Counted from the first letter of the stretch, positions 1 through 9,820 are shown. The stretch: DNA of 58,437 bases from a virus (IMGVR_UViG_3300037336_000026:1-58437), one strand, 5' to 3'. Notes: generated by a model not told the origin, from the sequence alone. Program-made: numbers and translations.

Positions 1-173
1 CCGTTGAGATAGTTAACAAAGCTGATGCGCTTACGGCGGAGAATAGTGGTTAGTAGAAACCCCCATACGTCCGCGTCGTCTTTGTACGGGAACACAAGGT
101 ACCAAGTACCGTATACACGTTTTAGTTCTGTTTTCATCATAGTCTCCTTAGTAGATGATTACTTCATATTGCT
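1..173. repeat. terminal direct repeat / circular assembly overlap (copy 1)
   Basis: 1-173 matches 58265-58437 except at positions 47 (t/c) and 166 (a/g). Confidence 0.95.
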
Positions 174-264
174 TAGGAGAAAACTCATTAAGCAACTTAC
201 TGTTGGTGGTCTTCGCTACTAAGACACGGGTCAAGCGGTGGTAAATGAAATACATGATAGATCC

Positions 265-630
265 TTAGACAGAGATTATGCCGATGAAGTAGACGTTAGG
301 GGAGTAGCTCCTCCCATTTACACTACACGAAAAGAAGATAGCTGTATTACCCACATGCTTCTCCATTCTTGCCATGATATCCGAAGTGGATAACGTGGCA
401 CCGAAAACGTTGTTCACTGTCCTAGTGACAATAGCTCTTATTTTCTTATCTGAACAAGTAACCATGACACGATCGCCCATCTCGAATAGCCCCACTACAG
501 TAGTGGGTTCTGAGGCTTGCGAGCCGGGCAGTGCTTTAAGACGATGTATAGCCAGCACTTGCTTAGGGCTGAATATCTCAGGGGTATCCTCATTAGAATT
601 GAGGGATAGGTTGCTGGTAACTGTGGTCAT
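265..630 (-). CDS. early hypothetical protein
   Basis: ORF; start moved to the ATG at 630, which follows a strong RBS (TAAGGAGAC). Confidence 0.75.
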   Translation of the reverse strand: MTTVTSNLSLNSNEDTPEIFSPKQVLAIHRLKALPGSQASEPTTVVGLFEMGDRVMVTCSDKKIRAIVTRTVNNVFGATLSTSDIMARMEKHVGNTAIFFSCSVNGRSYSPNVYFIGIISV

Positions 631-708
631 TATAGTCTCCTTAGTAATGACAATATCGAGCAATAGCGCTCTTGGAAGCCCTCCGTAGAAGGCAACCAGC
701 AAAGCTAT

Positions 709-1059
709 TTAGAACACATAGCCAACCTCTATAGTCAGGCAAGCAATATCATGCTCCCTAAGTGCCTTGGTTAGGATCTCACCACCAGTAAACAGCACAA
801 CACCACGAGCAGCTGCCTCTTGACAGGCATACACAGCCGCTGCTTCGTATGTGCGGAACGAACGAAGGGAACGACTATCGTTATCCATAAGGTCGTGGAT
901 ACAGACAGACCACACAGTCAAAGCACCAAGCTCACAAGCTATCTCGTTACGAGCAAAGTGGAAGTCAGCAAGTGACATCTCAGTACCTACATCGACAGCT
1001 AAAGAGTGCAAAGACTCTTCGTATTGACCAGCAGGTGTGTTTTTATAATTAGCATTCAT
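709..1059 (-). CDS. early hypothetical protein
   Basis: 116-aa ORF with GGAG RBS, packed against neighbours. Confidence 0.75.
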   Translation of the reverse strand: MNANYKNTPAGQYEESLHSLAVDVGTEMSLADFHFARNEIACELGALTVWSVCIHDLMDNDSRSLRSFRTYEAAAVYACQEAAARGVVLFTGGEILTKALREHDIACLTIEVGYVF

Positions 1060-1060
1060 T

Positions 1061-1228
1061 TTAATTCTCCAAGGCGGTTAAGCCCATTATAGACGAAGCA
1101 GACAAGAGTCCACCACAAGAAACAAGTATAAGACAGTCAAACACAGGTAAGTCAACCACGGCACCTAAGGCACCAAGACCGAGAAGGGTACAGCCAATAA
1201 GGCCGAAAGCATTAAAGAGAAAAGACAT
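1061..1228 (-). CDS. small hydrophobic (membrane) early protein
   Basis: ATG at 1228 follows GGAG; two hydrophobic stretches. Confidence 0.6.
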   Translation of the reverse strand: MSFLFNAFGLIGCTLLGLGALGAVVDLPVFDCLILVSCGGLLSASSIMGLTALEN

Positions 1229-1549
1229 AACGAACTCCAAAGAAAAACAGGACAAAAGCGTCCAACCAACCGACCACCGACCCAGAGAGACAACGAACCA
1301 CAAGGAAGGGGGGTACACCGAAACAGAGAAGGGGTATACTAAACCACATCTTTGATTCTTTCACACACAGAGACAGATACCCATCAACACTCTCTATTAA
1401 AACTCTATATATTAAAACTCTATACCTCCAGAAATCAAAGTAAGGGTACCCCAAAACCTCTCTTGAAAACATCCAAACTTAAAAATAATAGGTTTACTCA
1501 AATAAACTTAATACAAAATATTACCTTTATATATGTAATAATAAGGATT

Positions 1550-1565
1550 AGCCGGTTCCTAATAG
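1550..1565 (+). promoter_or_regulatory. phage RNAP promoter-like motif upstream of terminase
   Basis: AGCCGGTTCCTAATAG, 1 mismatch to consensus AGNCGGTACCTAATAG. Confidence 0.7.
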
Positions 1566-1600
1566 AAAATATATATTTTATATTTAAGGACACAAAACTT

Positions 1601-3232
1601 ATGAACAACAAAGACAAGCTAGAAGCGCTGAGAGAACTCAAGAGGAGAGAGAAGCTAGCTGGGTACAAGAATAACTTTGAGTTATTCGCAGAAGAGCAGA
1701 TAAGAATACTTCCAAAAGATTCTTCGCAGGGCTTTCAGCCATTCTTGTTTAACAGTGCTCAGAATATTGTTAATGAAGCGATAGAGAAACAGTTACAAGA
1801 AACAGGTAGAGTTAGAGCGATTATATTGAAAGCTAGACAGATGGGTTTAAGTACCTATGCTACTGGAAGGGTTTTTTGGAAGAGTTATTTTAATGCATAT
1901 AACAAGTCAGTAGTTATGGCTCATGATACAGCCACCTCAGATGCTTTGTTTAGTATGTCCAGGAATACTATTGATAATATGCCTGAGCAGTTTAGACCTA
2001 AATTTAAAAGGTCTAATGCTAAGGAGATCATGTTTGAACATAATGATTCCGGTTACAGATTGTATACTGCTGGTTCACCAGAGGCAGGAAGGGGAACTAC
2101 ACCAACTATTGCACACTTATCTGAGGTTGCCTTTTGGACTCATGATGAGAAGATTCTTGCTGGTATGTTCCAAGGTATTTCACAAGCTGAAGGTACAGAA
2201 GTAATCTTAGAGAGTACTGCTAATGGAGTAGGTAATGCCTTTCACAGGTTATGGTTAGGTGCCGTTAAAGGAGAGAATGAGTATATTGCTATTTTTGTTC
2301 CTTGGTTTCTTATGGAAGAGTACCGTAGAAAAGCCCCAGAAGAATTCAAGAAAAGTGATAAAGAAGAAATATTAGTCACTAGGTTTAACTTAGATGATGA
2401 TCAACTATTCTGGAGAAGATTAAAGATAGCGGAGGGTGGCGAAGATAAATTCCGTCAAGAGTACCCCGCCACAGCTGATGAAGCATTTATTGTTTCAGGG
2501 GCTAGTGTATTTAATATTGAGAAGCTTTCTAAGCTAGTACCTCAACCTATATTAGGTGCTAAGGAGTTTAACTTCGACTCTAATATGATGGAAGATAACG
2601 AAAGAGGATCTATAGAGATATTTAAGTATCCTACCTTTGGTGATTCTTTTGCTATTGGGGCTGATGTAGCTTTGGGAGTAGGTAAGGATTCTTCTGCTGC
2701 TGTAGTTATTAATGCTAACAGAGAAGTATGTGCTGTATACAAAAACAACATGATAGATCCCTCTAAGTTTGGTGATCTTTTGTTTTACCTAGGTAGATAC
2801 TATAACAATGCTTTGTTAGCCGTAGAGTCAAACTCTATGGGTATTGCTACCCTAAACAGACTAACACAGATGCAGTACGTTAATATGTACTATCAGACTA
2901 AGATAGCTAATGTATCTAAGGAAGAAGGTAACAGGATTGGATGGAGAACTACTTCATCTTCTAAACCTGCTATTATCGGATTCTTGAAGAACGCTATTGA
3001 TAGCGAAGATATCTGGATCCCTTCAAGGATAATTATTGGGGAGCTGATGAATTATGTGGCAGATGACTCTGGCAGAACTAACGCTATTGTTGGTCATAAT
3101 GACGATACCGTTATTGCGCTAGCTATTGCTCTTGAAGTTATCAGAACACATGGCGATAAGCTAAAGAACAACAATGTACCCTTCTCTCAGAGGATGGGTA
3201 GCTTTGAACAAATAGAAACTAACTGGTTATAA
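1601..3232 (+). CDS. terL: terminase large subunit
   Basis: Walker A-like LKARQMGLST, Walker B AHLSE, ESTANG coupling motif, RNase H-type nuclease GADVALG...DD; ATG at 1601 with AAGGA RBS. Confidence 0.95.
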   Translation: MNNKDKLEALRELKRREKLAGYKNNFELFAEEQIRILPKDSSQGFQPFLFNSAQNIVNEAIEKQLQETGRVRAIILKARQMGLSTYATGRVFWKSYFNAYNKSVVMAHDTATSDALFSMSRNTIDNMPEQFRPKFKRSNAKEIMFEHNDSGYRLYTAGSPEAGRGTTPTIAHLSEVAFWTHDEKILAGMFQGISQAEGTEVILESTANGVGNAFHRLWLGAVKGENEYIAIFVPWFLMEEYRRKAPEEFKKSDKEEILVTRFNLDDDQLFWRRLKIAEGGEDKFRQEYPATADEAFIVSGASVFNIEKLSKLVPQPILGAKEFNFDSNMMEDNERGSIEIFKYPTFGDSFAIGADVALGVGKDSSAAVVINANREVCAVYKNNMIDPSKFGDLLFYLGRYYNNALLAVESNSMGIATLNRLTQMQYVNMYYQTKIANVSKEEGNRIGWRTTSSSKPAIIGFLKNAIDSEDIWIPSRIIIGELMNYVADDSGRTNAIVGHNDDTVIALAIALEVIRTHGDKLKNNNVPFSQRMGSFEQIETNWL

Positions 3233-3244
3233 GGTATAATTATT

Positions 3245-3400
3245 ATGGCAACTAAACAAGGATTGTACGACAATATTAATTCTAAACGTAAACGTATAGC
3301 TGAAGGCTCTGGAGAGAAGATGCGTAAGCCTGGAACCAAGGGTGCCCCAACCGCTAAAAGCTTTAAGGAGTCTGCAAAGACTGCTAAGAAGGGCAAATAA
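3245..3400 (+). CDS. small basic protein (51 aa)
   Basis: manually translated MATKQGLYDNINSKRKRIAEGSGEKMRKPG...; resembles a small basic ORF type common in aquatic phages. Confidence 0.75.
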   Translation: MATKQGLYDNINSKRKRIAEGSGEKMRKPGTKGAPTAKSFKESAKTAKKGK

Positions 3401-3401
3401 T

Positions 3402-3686
3402 ATGGCTGAAAAAGATTCTAGACTAGCAAAAGCAGGAGTATCAGGATATAATAAGCCTAAGAAAACTCCCAACCATCCTACTAAGAGTCATGTAGTTGTT
3501 GCTAAAAGTAATGATACAATTAAGACTATTAGGTTTGGTGAGCAGGGAACCTCTGGGTCTCCTAAGTCTGAAGGTGAGTCTGATGCAGATAAAAGCAGAA
3601 GAGAATCCTTCAAGGCACGACACGCTGCTAATATTGCCAAGGGGCCGCTATCTGCGGCTTACTGGGCTGATAAGGTTAAATGGTAA
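3402..3686 (+). CDS. small basic conserved phage protein (94 aa)
   Basis: MAEKDSRL...IRFGEQG...SFKARH...SAAYWADKVKW. Confidence 0.8.
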   Translation: MAEKDSRLAKAGVSGYNKPKKTPNHPTKSHVVVAKSNDTIKTIRFGEQGTSGSPKSEGESDADKSRRESFKARHAANIAKGPLSAAYWADKVKW

Positions 3687-3692
3687 ATATAT

Positions 3693-3839
3693 ATGGCTAA
3701 AGACAAAACACATTACTTACCAAATGGTAAAGTACATACTGGTAAGACACACAAAGAAGGTAATATCTTGATGACGGGCGAAAAGCATACGGCAGCAAGT
3801 AAGATCCTGACACATACCCCACCTAAAACTAAAAAGTGA
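3693..3839 (+). CDS. small His/Lys-rich protein (48 aa)
   Basis: manually translated MAKDKTHYLPNGKVHTGKTHK...; tight operon spacing. Confidence 0.65.
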   Translation: MAKDKTHYLPNGKVHTGKTHKEGNILMTGEKHTAASKILTHTPPKTKK

Positions 3840-3853
3840 AGAGGACAATTCTA

Positions 3854-3922
3854 ATGAGAGAATTACCCGTACGTAATATGCGTAAGACACAGAACAAGAA
3901 ACCACCTAAACCTAAGAAGTAA
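3854..3922 (+). CDS. very small basic peptide (22 aa)
   Basis: GAGGA RBS; MRELPVRNMRKTQNKKPPKPKK. Confidence 0.4.
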   Translation: MRELPVRNMRKTQNKKPPKPKK

Positions 3923-3923
3923 T

Positions 3924-4067
3924 ATGGCACAAATGAATGTACCTTTAACAGGTAAAGAAAAAGATCAATTTAAAAGCGCCCTGAAACCACAGGGTACCCC
4001 TAAGATTCTTAATCCTAAAGAAAAGATTGGTGAAAAGATTCCTAAGGATTTTAACGCCAGAAAATAA
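3924..4067 (+). CDS. small basic protein (47 aa)
   Basis: MAQMNVPLTGKEKDQFK...; starts 1 nt after the previous stop. Confidence 0.55.
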   Translation: MAQMNVPLTGKEKDQFKSALKPQGTPKILNPKEKIGEKIPKDFNARK

Positions 4068-4309
4068 ATAAGATAAAAGAAGAACCATGTCTAGAGTCAG
4101 TAAGATATGGCTGATACATAAATTATATGCACACCAGCGCCTGAGGTTATTCTTGATACGCTCGATGGTGAAGTAGTAATGATGATGTAACACACTTAAA
4201 AGATTTCCCTTTGTGTCAATAGCTGGTAACTCGTTATGGAAGAAAGTAGTTACACCTAATAAACAGCCATTGTTGGCTTGATTGAATGAATGACCAAGAA
4301 AGGTTTACA

Positions 4310-6520
4310 ATGGCTATACGTACGCAGGGTTATAAAGAACCCGTAGACGACAGCGAACTTAAAGCGATGATCGACCAAGGAGTTATGAACTCTGTTGGTG
4401 ACTTCCTCAATAGTTCTGACCTCGCAAAAGAAAGACAGAAGGCTACATACGAATACGGTATGATGCCGATAGCGCACCTTGCACCTCAGGGTGTATCTCA
4501 AATTGTTTCTTCAGATACTGTAGAAGCTATTGAGGGATATAGTGCTATCTTAGCTGAACTTATGTTCAACAACAATAAACTAGCTAGGTTTATTCCATCA
4601 GGCACTAAGCCTACTGATTACAGTAATGCTAAGATGGCCTCAGAGTTAGTTAACTATACTATCTTTAAGCAGAATCCTGGATGGGAAATCTTAAACACAT
4701 GGGTTAAATCCTCTTTGTTATGGAAGAATAGTATTGTTCGTTGGGACTTTATTGAAGATTACGAATATACTTTTGAAGAGTATGATTCAATTAGTCAAGA
4801 GAATTTAGATATTCTTTTGTCTGATGCTGATACCGAGATCATTGGTACTCTTAATTACGATCAAGAGCTGGCCACTGATGAGGAAGGTAATTCTGTATAC
4901 AACACAGTATACAAAGATGTTCGCCTTAAGAAGCAACATGACAAGACAAGAATTAAGATTGAGAACGTTCATCCTGAAGCATTCCGTATCTCTAGAGGCG
5001 CTAAGTCTTTAGATGATGCTGATTTTGTAGGTATTCAGATTGAGATGACTCGTTCTGAGATTAGAAAGTTTTACCCCGATATTGCAGAGAACATCGAGTG
5101 GGACGATATTGGAGATGGCAGCACTTATATGGCTGCTAGCTACAATGAAGAGCAAGCAGCTCGTAAACGTCTATCTGGTGAAGAGTACTGGCAGGGGGGT
5201 AATTCAAGTGGAATCTTTGAAACAGAAGCTAACAGACAAGTAAATGTTATTGAATGTTGGTTGAGAGTTGATCGTGATGGCGATGGTATTGCTGAACTAA
5301 AACACTTTATTGTTGCTGGTGGAACCGTCCTTCTTGAAGAAGATTGTGACTACGTACCATTAGCTACACTATGCCCGTTCGAGATTCCACACGAATTCTA
5401 CGGTCTATCTGTAGCAGATATGATTCGACCATCTACATTAGCAACTACTGCTATTATGCGTGGCTTTGTAGAGAACGTATACCTTACCAACTATGCACCT
5501 AAGTTAGCTGACCCTAACGTAGTAGACTTCTCTGCTTTGCAGAACATGAAGCCTAAACAAATTATTGCTACCAACGGTAACCCTAACGGTGCTGTTGCAG
5601 CTATGACACCTGATACTATTAGTACAGGTACTGTACCTCTTTTAGAGATGCTCCAGTTACATAAAGAACAGGCTACAGGCCTCTCAAAAGCGGCTCAAGG
5701 CCTCAATGATACTCTTTATGTTTCTGGCAACTCTGAAGAAAAGATGCAGAAGGCAATGTCTGCCGCTCAAGTACGTATCCAATTTATGGCACGTAGATTT
5801 GCTGAGACAGGTTTTAAACGGTTAGTTGAAGGTGTGTATAAAACACTCCGTACTAAGCTTCGTGGTAAAGAAATAAAGTTCTTTGATCAGAATGATATGT
5901 ATAAGTCAATCGATCCGGGTATGTTACCTGATAACATGCTAATGTATGTCGATATCGATGTTGGTGAAAATAGCAATAGTAATATTATTAAGAAGATGAC
6001 ACTGATTGGTCAACAGCTAATTCCTGCTTTACAATCAAGTGGTGCTGGTGCAGTAGTTGCCCCTGACGCAGCAGCTAAACTAGCCGTTAAGACTTTAGAA
6101 GCAATGGATGTAGATCCGTTAGACTTCCTGATTGATTACACATCTCCTGAGTTCTTGGAACAAGCTGTTAAAGCTCGTGAAGCAGAACAACAATCAGGTG
6201 ACGTAGCTAAACAACTTGAAGAGAAGATAAAGCAATTAGATGCAGCCCAGCGGGAAGCTACTATTGCACTTACTAATGTACAGTCTAGAAATGCTATGCA
6301 AGACAACACTAAGCAACTTATGGTTGCCTTGGATAAAAGCTATCAAGAATGGGCTAAGCTCACTATTGAAGCTGCTGAAAAAGGTATTGATCTTGGCCCT
6401 CGGCCTAGCGCTGAGGAGTTGCTAACTACTGCTAAATCAATGATTGAAGCTGATGAAAGCCAGTCAAAACCACAACCGGAAGCTATGGGACAGCAGCAAC
6501 CACAACAACCAATGATGTAA
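4310..6520 (+). CDS. portal protein (P22-like/podoviral)
   Basis: large ORF between terminase and scaffold; ECWLRVDRDGDGIAE, PHEFYGLSVAD; coiled-coil, Q-rich C-terminus. Confidence 0.9.
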   Translation: MAIRTQGYKEPVDDSELKAMIDQGVMNSVGDFLNSSDLAKERQKATYEYGMMPIAHLAPQGVSQIVSSDTVEAIEGYSAILAELMFNNNKLARFIPSGTKPTDYSNAKMASELVNYTIFKQNPGWEILNTWVKSSLLWKNSIVRWDFIEDYEYTFEEYDSISQENLDILLSDADTEIIGTLNYDQELATDEEGNSVYNTVYKDVRLKKQHDKTRIKIENVHPEAFRISRGAKSLDDADFVGIQIEMTRSEIRKFYPDIAENIEWDDIGDGSTYMAASYNEEQAARKRLSGEEYWQGGNSSGIFETEANRQVNVIECWLRVDRDGDGIAELKHFIVAGGTVLLEEDCDYVPLATLCPFEIPHEFYGLSVADMIRPSTLATTAIMRGFVENVYLTNYAPKLADPNVVDFSALQNMKPKQIIATNGNPNGAVAAMTPDTISTGTVPLLEMLQLHKEQATGLSKAAQGLNDTLYVSGNSEEKMQKAMSAAQVRIQFMARRFAETGFKRLVEGVYKTLRTKLRGKEIKFFDQNDMYKSIDPGMLPDNMLMYVDIDVGENSNSNIIKKMTLIGQQLIPALQSSGAGAVVAPDAAAKLAVKTLEAMDVDPLDFLIDYTSPEFLEQAVKAREAEQQSGDVAKQLEEKIKQLDAAQREATIALTNVQSRNAMQDNTKQLMVALDKSYQEWAKLTIEAAEKGIDLGPRPSAEELLTTAKSMIEADESQSKPQPEAMGQQQPQQPMM

Positions 6521-6575
6521 AACAAAATCCACCCCTCTACCAATAGGTATGGGTGGGTCATATTAAAGTAAATAA

Positions 6576-6926
6576 ATGAATCAATATAAGGACGGCTTCC
6601 AGCAGAGAACGAAGCCTAAAATGAATCATGAGACTGGTGAATACAAAGTAGAACCCTTCCGTGATGCTCAATTAGCGTTAGGTAAATCCCAGTTTGCAAA
6701 TAAGGAACGTGAGCAATTCTTTGGAGAAGCATACTCAGAGATCTTAGCAGATCTTTTTGTTACTTGGCTAAAGACAGAACCTCATTGCAGTAAAGAACGT
6801 GAATACCTATACCATACTGCTATGGCGTTAGGTAGTGTTAAAGAAAAGTTAGTCGGCATTGAAATGTACGGTAACAATATGCAGTATATTAATAAACAAT
6901 CCCAAGAAGGGGAAAATCAAGAATGA
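6576..6926 (+). CDS. hypothetical protein (head module)
   Basis: 116-aa ORF in operon. Confidence 0.75.
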   Translation: MNQYKDGFQQRTKPKMNHETGEYKVEPFRDAQLALGKSQFANKEREQFFGEAYSEILADLFVTWLKTEPHCSKEREYLYHTAMALGSVKEKLVGIEMYGNNMQYINKQSQEGENQE

Positions 6927-7186
6927 GTAATTACGATTTAGCAACAACTGTGTTAAAGAGAGCACAGCAAGAGATTATCCGTGAGTTGGCGATATGTGGC
7001 CAAAACGGTGGAACTGGACGAGCACAGAGCTATGCCCCAATCCTTGTTACATTAACAAAGGCAATTGAGGTAATTGAATCTCTTGACAAACCTACGGTTA
7101 AAGTCGAAGAGGTTACTACAGCTACTGTAGATCGTATGGCTAAGGTACGTGCAGCTAAAGCTGCCAAAGCCCTTGAAGCCGAATAA
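6923..7186 (+). CDS. hypothetical protein
   Basis: 87-aa ORF overlapping the upstream stop. Confidence 0.7.
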   Translation: MSNYDLATTVLKRAQQEIIRELAICGQNGGTGRAQSYAPILVTLTKAIEVIESLDKPTVKVEEVTTATVDRMAKVRAAKAAKALEAE

Positions 7187-7209
7187 ATAGACACAAAGGT
7201 AAAAGAATT

Positions 7210-8355
7210 ATGAACCTAGAACAACTCTCTACCAACACTCCTGCCTCGGAAATTTCGAGCGAGAGTTTTGATGACGGAAGTAATAGTGTAGGCTTGGAAG
7301 CAAAGAGTCTTGATGACATTCTACGGAATTCTCCAGCAGCAAAACTGTTGGGGTTGAAAGAAGAGTCTCTACCACAAGAAGACAATAGCGTCCCGAGTCC
7401 AGATGAATCATCGGAAGAAGAAGAAGAAGCACCCCAAGAGACCGATGAGGAAGCTGAAGATGACCTAGATGAAGAGGAAGAGTCGAAAGATTCAGAGGAA
7501 GAAGAAGAAGTTGAGGATGATACGTCTACCCAAGATACTGATTTGCCGACCGAAGAAGATATTGACTGGGAATATAAAGTACCTGTAACCATTGATGGTA
7601 AAACAGAATACCTTACCCTAGAAGAAGTCCGTAAGGGTTATTCTACTGACAAGCATCTATCTCAAAAAGGGCGTGAACTAGGCGAACTGAGAAAACAGAT
7701 CGAACAAGAGAAGACAGAAAAACTTAAAGAAGTTATTGAATTAGGGCAGATAATCCAACAGGAATTAACTGCTACTGAAACCAATCTTGCCGAAGAGTAT
7801 CACAAGTTAAGTAAGGATATCGATAAAGCAAAGGATGAGGGTGACTCATACTCTGCCAGAGAACTTAAAGAACAACGTGAAACGGTGCAAGAGAAGTACT
7901 GGAAATCCCGGAATAAGCGGGAAGGACAAGCAAAGGCTATTGCCGAACAATTCCAGGCTCAAGTAGAGACGCAACGACAAGAGTTACTAAAGTCATATAA
8001 CGAACGTATCAATACGTTAGTTCCAGACTATTCAGATAAAGTCGCTAAATCTATACGTGAGTTTGCAGTTAAAGAAGGTATCTCGGAAGAACTATTAGGT
8101 TCTATCTATGATCCCCAAATTGTTAAGTTCATCAATGATTATCGTAAGTTAAAAACAGCTAAAGATACTGGTGCAGTTAAGCGTAAAGCAGCTCCTACTG
8201 TGAAGTCGGTACCCTCTAAAAAGGGAACACCTAAATCACAAAAGGAACAGCAAGTCGCTATAACCGCTAGATCTAAAGTTCTGTCAGGTGAAGGTTCGAA
8301 TCAAGACGAATTAGATTTTCTAAAACGTATTTCCTCAGTGAGCAAAAAACTTTGA
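7210..8355 (+). CDS. capsid scaffolding protein
   Basis: very acidic N-terminus, VTIDGKTEYLTLEEVRKGY motif, coiled coil, directly upstream of the capsid gene. Confidence 0.85.
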   Translation: MNLEQLSTNTPASEISSESFDDGSNSVGLEAKSLDDILRNSPAAKLLGLKEESLPQEDNSVPSPDESSEEEEEAPQETDEEAEDDLDEEEESKDSEEEEEVEDDTSTQDTDLPTEEDIDWEYKVPVTIDGKTEYLTLEEVRKGYSTDKHLSQKGRELGELRKQIEQEKTEKLKEVIELGQIIQQELTATETNLAEEYHKLSKDIDKAKDEGDSYSARELKEQRETVQEKYWKSRNKREGQAKAIAEQFQAQVETQRQELLKSYNERINTLVPDYSDKVAKSIREFAVKEGISEELLGSIYDPQIVKFINDYRKLKTAKDTGAVKRKAAPTVKSVPSKKGTPKSQKEQQVAITARSKVLSGEGSNQDELDFLKRISSVSKKL

Positions 8356-8386
8356 TTAAAAATCTCATTATAAGGAAACCATTAAA

Positions 8387-9484
8387 ATGGCCGCAACTAA
8401 TTTTGCAACAGGTGGCTCAAAAGCCGCCGCACGTAGCGCATCCGCTACCGGTAAGTCTGTAAACGCTGGCGAGCGTGAAGACCTCGCTAACTTTATTTCT
8501 ATGATCAGCCGTGACGAGACACCTTTCATGTCTTCAATCGGTAAGACAAAAGCTACCGCAGTTTTCCATGAATGGCAAACTGACGAGCTGGCTGCTCCAG
8601 CCTCTTCTGCAGTCGCTGAAGGCGTATCTTACGCTACTCAGAATGGCGCACAAGACGCAGAGCCTTTCCGCACCCGTCTGGGCAACTACACACAGATTAA
8701 CAGCAAGACTGTTACTGTTACCGGTACTAAGCGTGCTGTTGACCAAGCTGGTGTTGCTGACGAATACGCATACCAGCTCAAGAAGCGTGGTACCGAGCTG
8801 CGCCGTGACGTTGAATTCGACATGGTTAACAGCTGGAACAGCTCAAATGGCTCAGGCGTCCGTAAAATGGGTGGCTACCAAGCTTGGGTTAATGATGCAT
8901 CTACTGCATTGAACGTGTTGGCTACTGGTAGTGAGTACACTGCTCCTACTAACACTGGCGCTGGTATTGCTGGTACCTTTACGACCGTTACTTCTACTGA
9001 TAAAGTCAGCTTGCAACTGTCACACATCGATACCGTGATGCAAGCTATCTACGAAAACGGTGGTAAGGCTTCTAAGCTGATGGTATCTCCTGCTAACCGT
9101 CGCGTGTTTTCTGCTAAGGCACAGGCCGCTGGTTCTGCTACCTCTAGTGCTGGTGACGGTAACGTTCGCCGTAACATTGATGCAGACGGTAAGTTGCGTC
9201 AGTCAGTTGAAATCTACATGTCTGACTTCGGTGACATCATGGTTGTTCCTAACTACGTTATGGGTATTGCCAACACTGGTATCTCTGGCTTGGACAACGC
9301 TGCTAACTTCTCAGCATTCTTGTACGACCCAATGTGGTTCAGCTACGCTGCTTTGCGTCCAATGCAAGAAGTTGACTTGGGTCAGCTGGGTGATTCTATC
9401 ATCGGTCAAATTGTTGAAGAAGGTACAATCGAGTGTCGTAATCCTAAGGGTTGCGGTTTGATCTTCGGTTTGTCTGGTCAGTAA
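8387..9484 (+). CDS. major capsid protein
   Basis: REDL..ISRDETPF..HEWQTDEL, RLGNYTQI motifs (SU10/DUF5309-like); strong codon bias; followed by a terminator. Confidence 0.92.
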   Translation: MAATNFATGGSKAAARSASATGKSVNAGEREDLANFISMISRDETPFMSSIGKTKATAVFHEWQTDELAAPASSAVAEGVSYATQNGAQDAEPFRTRLGNYTQINSKTVTVTGTKRAVDQAGVADEYAYQLKKRGTELRRDVEFDMVNSWNSSNGSGVRKMGGYQAWVNDASTALNVLATGSEYTAPTNTGAGIAGTFTTVTSTDKVSLQLSHIDTVMQAIYENGGKASKLMVSPANRRVFSAKAQAAGSATSSAGDGNVRRNIDADGKLRQSVEIYMSDFGDIMVVPNYVMGIANTGISGLDNAANFSAFLYDPMWFSYAALRPMQEVDLGQLGDSIIGQIVEEGTIECRNPKGCGLIFGLSGQ

Positions 9485-9493
9485 TTAACCTAT

Positions 9494-9524
9494 AAAGGGG
9501 TGAGGGAAACCTTGCCCTTTTTTT
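9494..9524 (+). terminator. intrinsic terminator after capsid gene
   Basis: AAGGGGTGAGG-GAAA-CCTTGCCCTT followed by a T-run. Confidence 0.85.
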
Positions 9525-9539
9525 ATTAGAAAGAAAATA

Positions 9540-9806
9540 ATGCAATATCTTAAGATTACACAAACAAACGGTACTGCCACGTACTACCCCGGCACTACTT
9601 CTTTTGTTACTATCGCTGCACCTATTTTAGTAGGTAATGTAGTAGTTAATAAAGGTAAGGTCACTTCAGCATCATACAGTAAGATTGTTGGTACTTCAAT
9701 GACATACGTAACAGATACAGTAGCTGCCTTTAATGGTGCTAATGCTAAATACGAGCTTGGTAAATTAGCTCAAGACGGTGCTTTTACAGTAGCACACTCT
9801 AATTAA
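9540..9806 (+). CDS. putative virion/decoration protein
   Basis: 88-aa beta-rich ORF after the capsid gene. Confidence 0.6.
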   Translation: MQYLKITQTNGTATYYPGTTSFVTIAAPILVGNVVVNKGKVTSASYSKIVGTSMTYVTDTVAAFNGANAKYELGKLAQDGAFTVAHSN

Positions 9807-9820
9807 GTAAAAGAGGACAC

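Noticed and set aside
1-173. biological T7-like direct terminal repeat
   Set aside because: It cuts through an early ORF in mid-operon and has mismatches, which fits an assembly overlap better
1352-1600. N-terminal extension of the terminase in the ORF track
   Set aside because: AT-rich, spans the promoter motif; the ATG at 1601 has the RBS
6529-6558. hairpin after the portal gene as a terminator
   Set aside because: Stem is present (CACCC..TACC-AATA-GGTA..GGGTG) but there is no U-tract; more likely a processing or stability element
7155-7592. Ser-rich - strand ORF and similar antisense ORFs (11064-11543, 23135-23647, 41422-41955, 55171-55650)
   Set aside because: Shadows of biased or repetitive genes on the opposite strand
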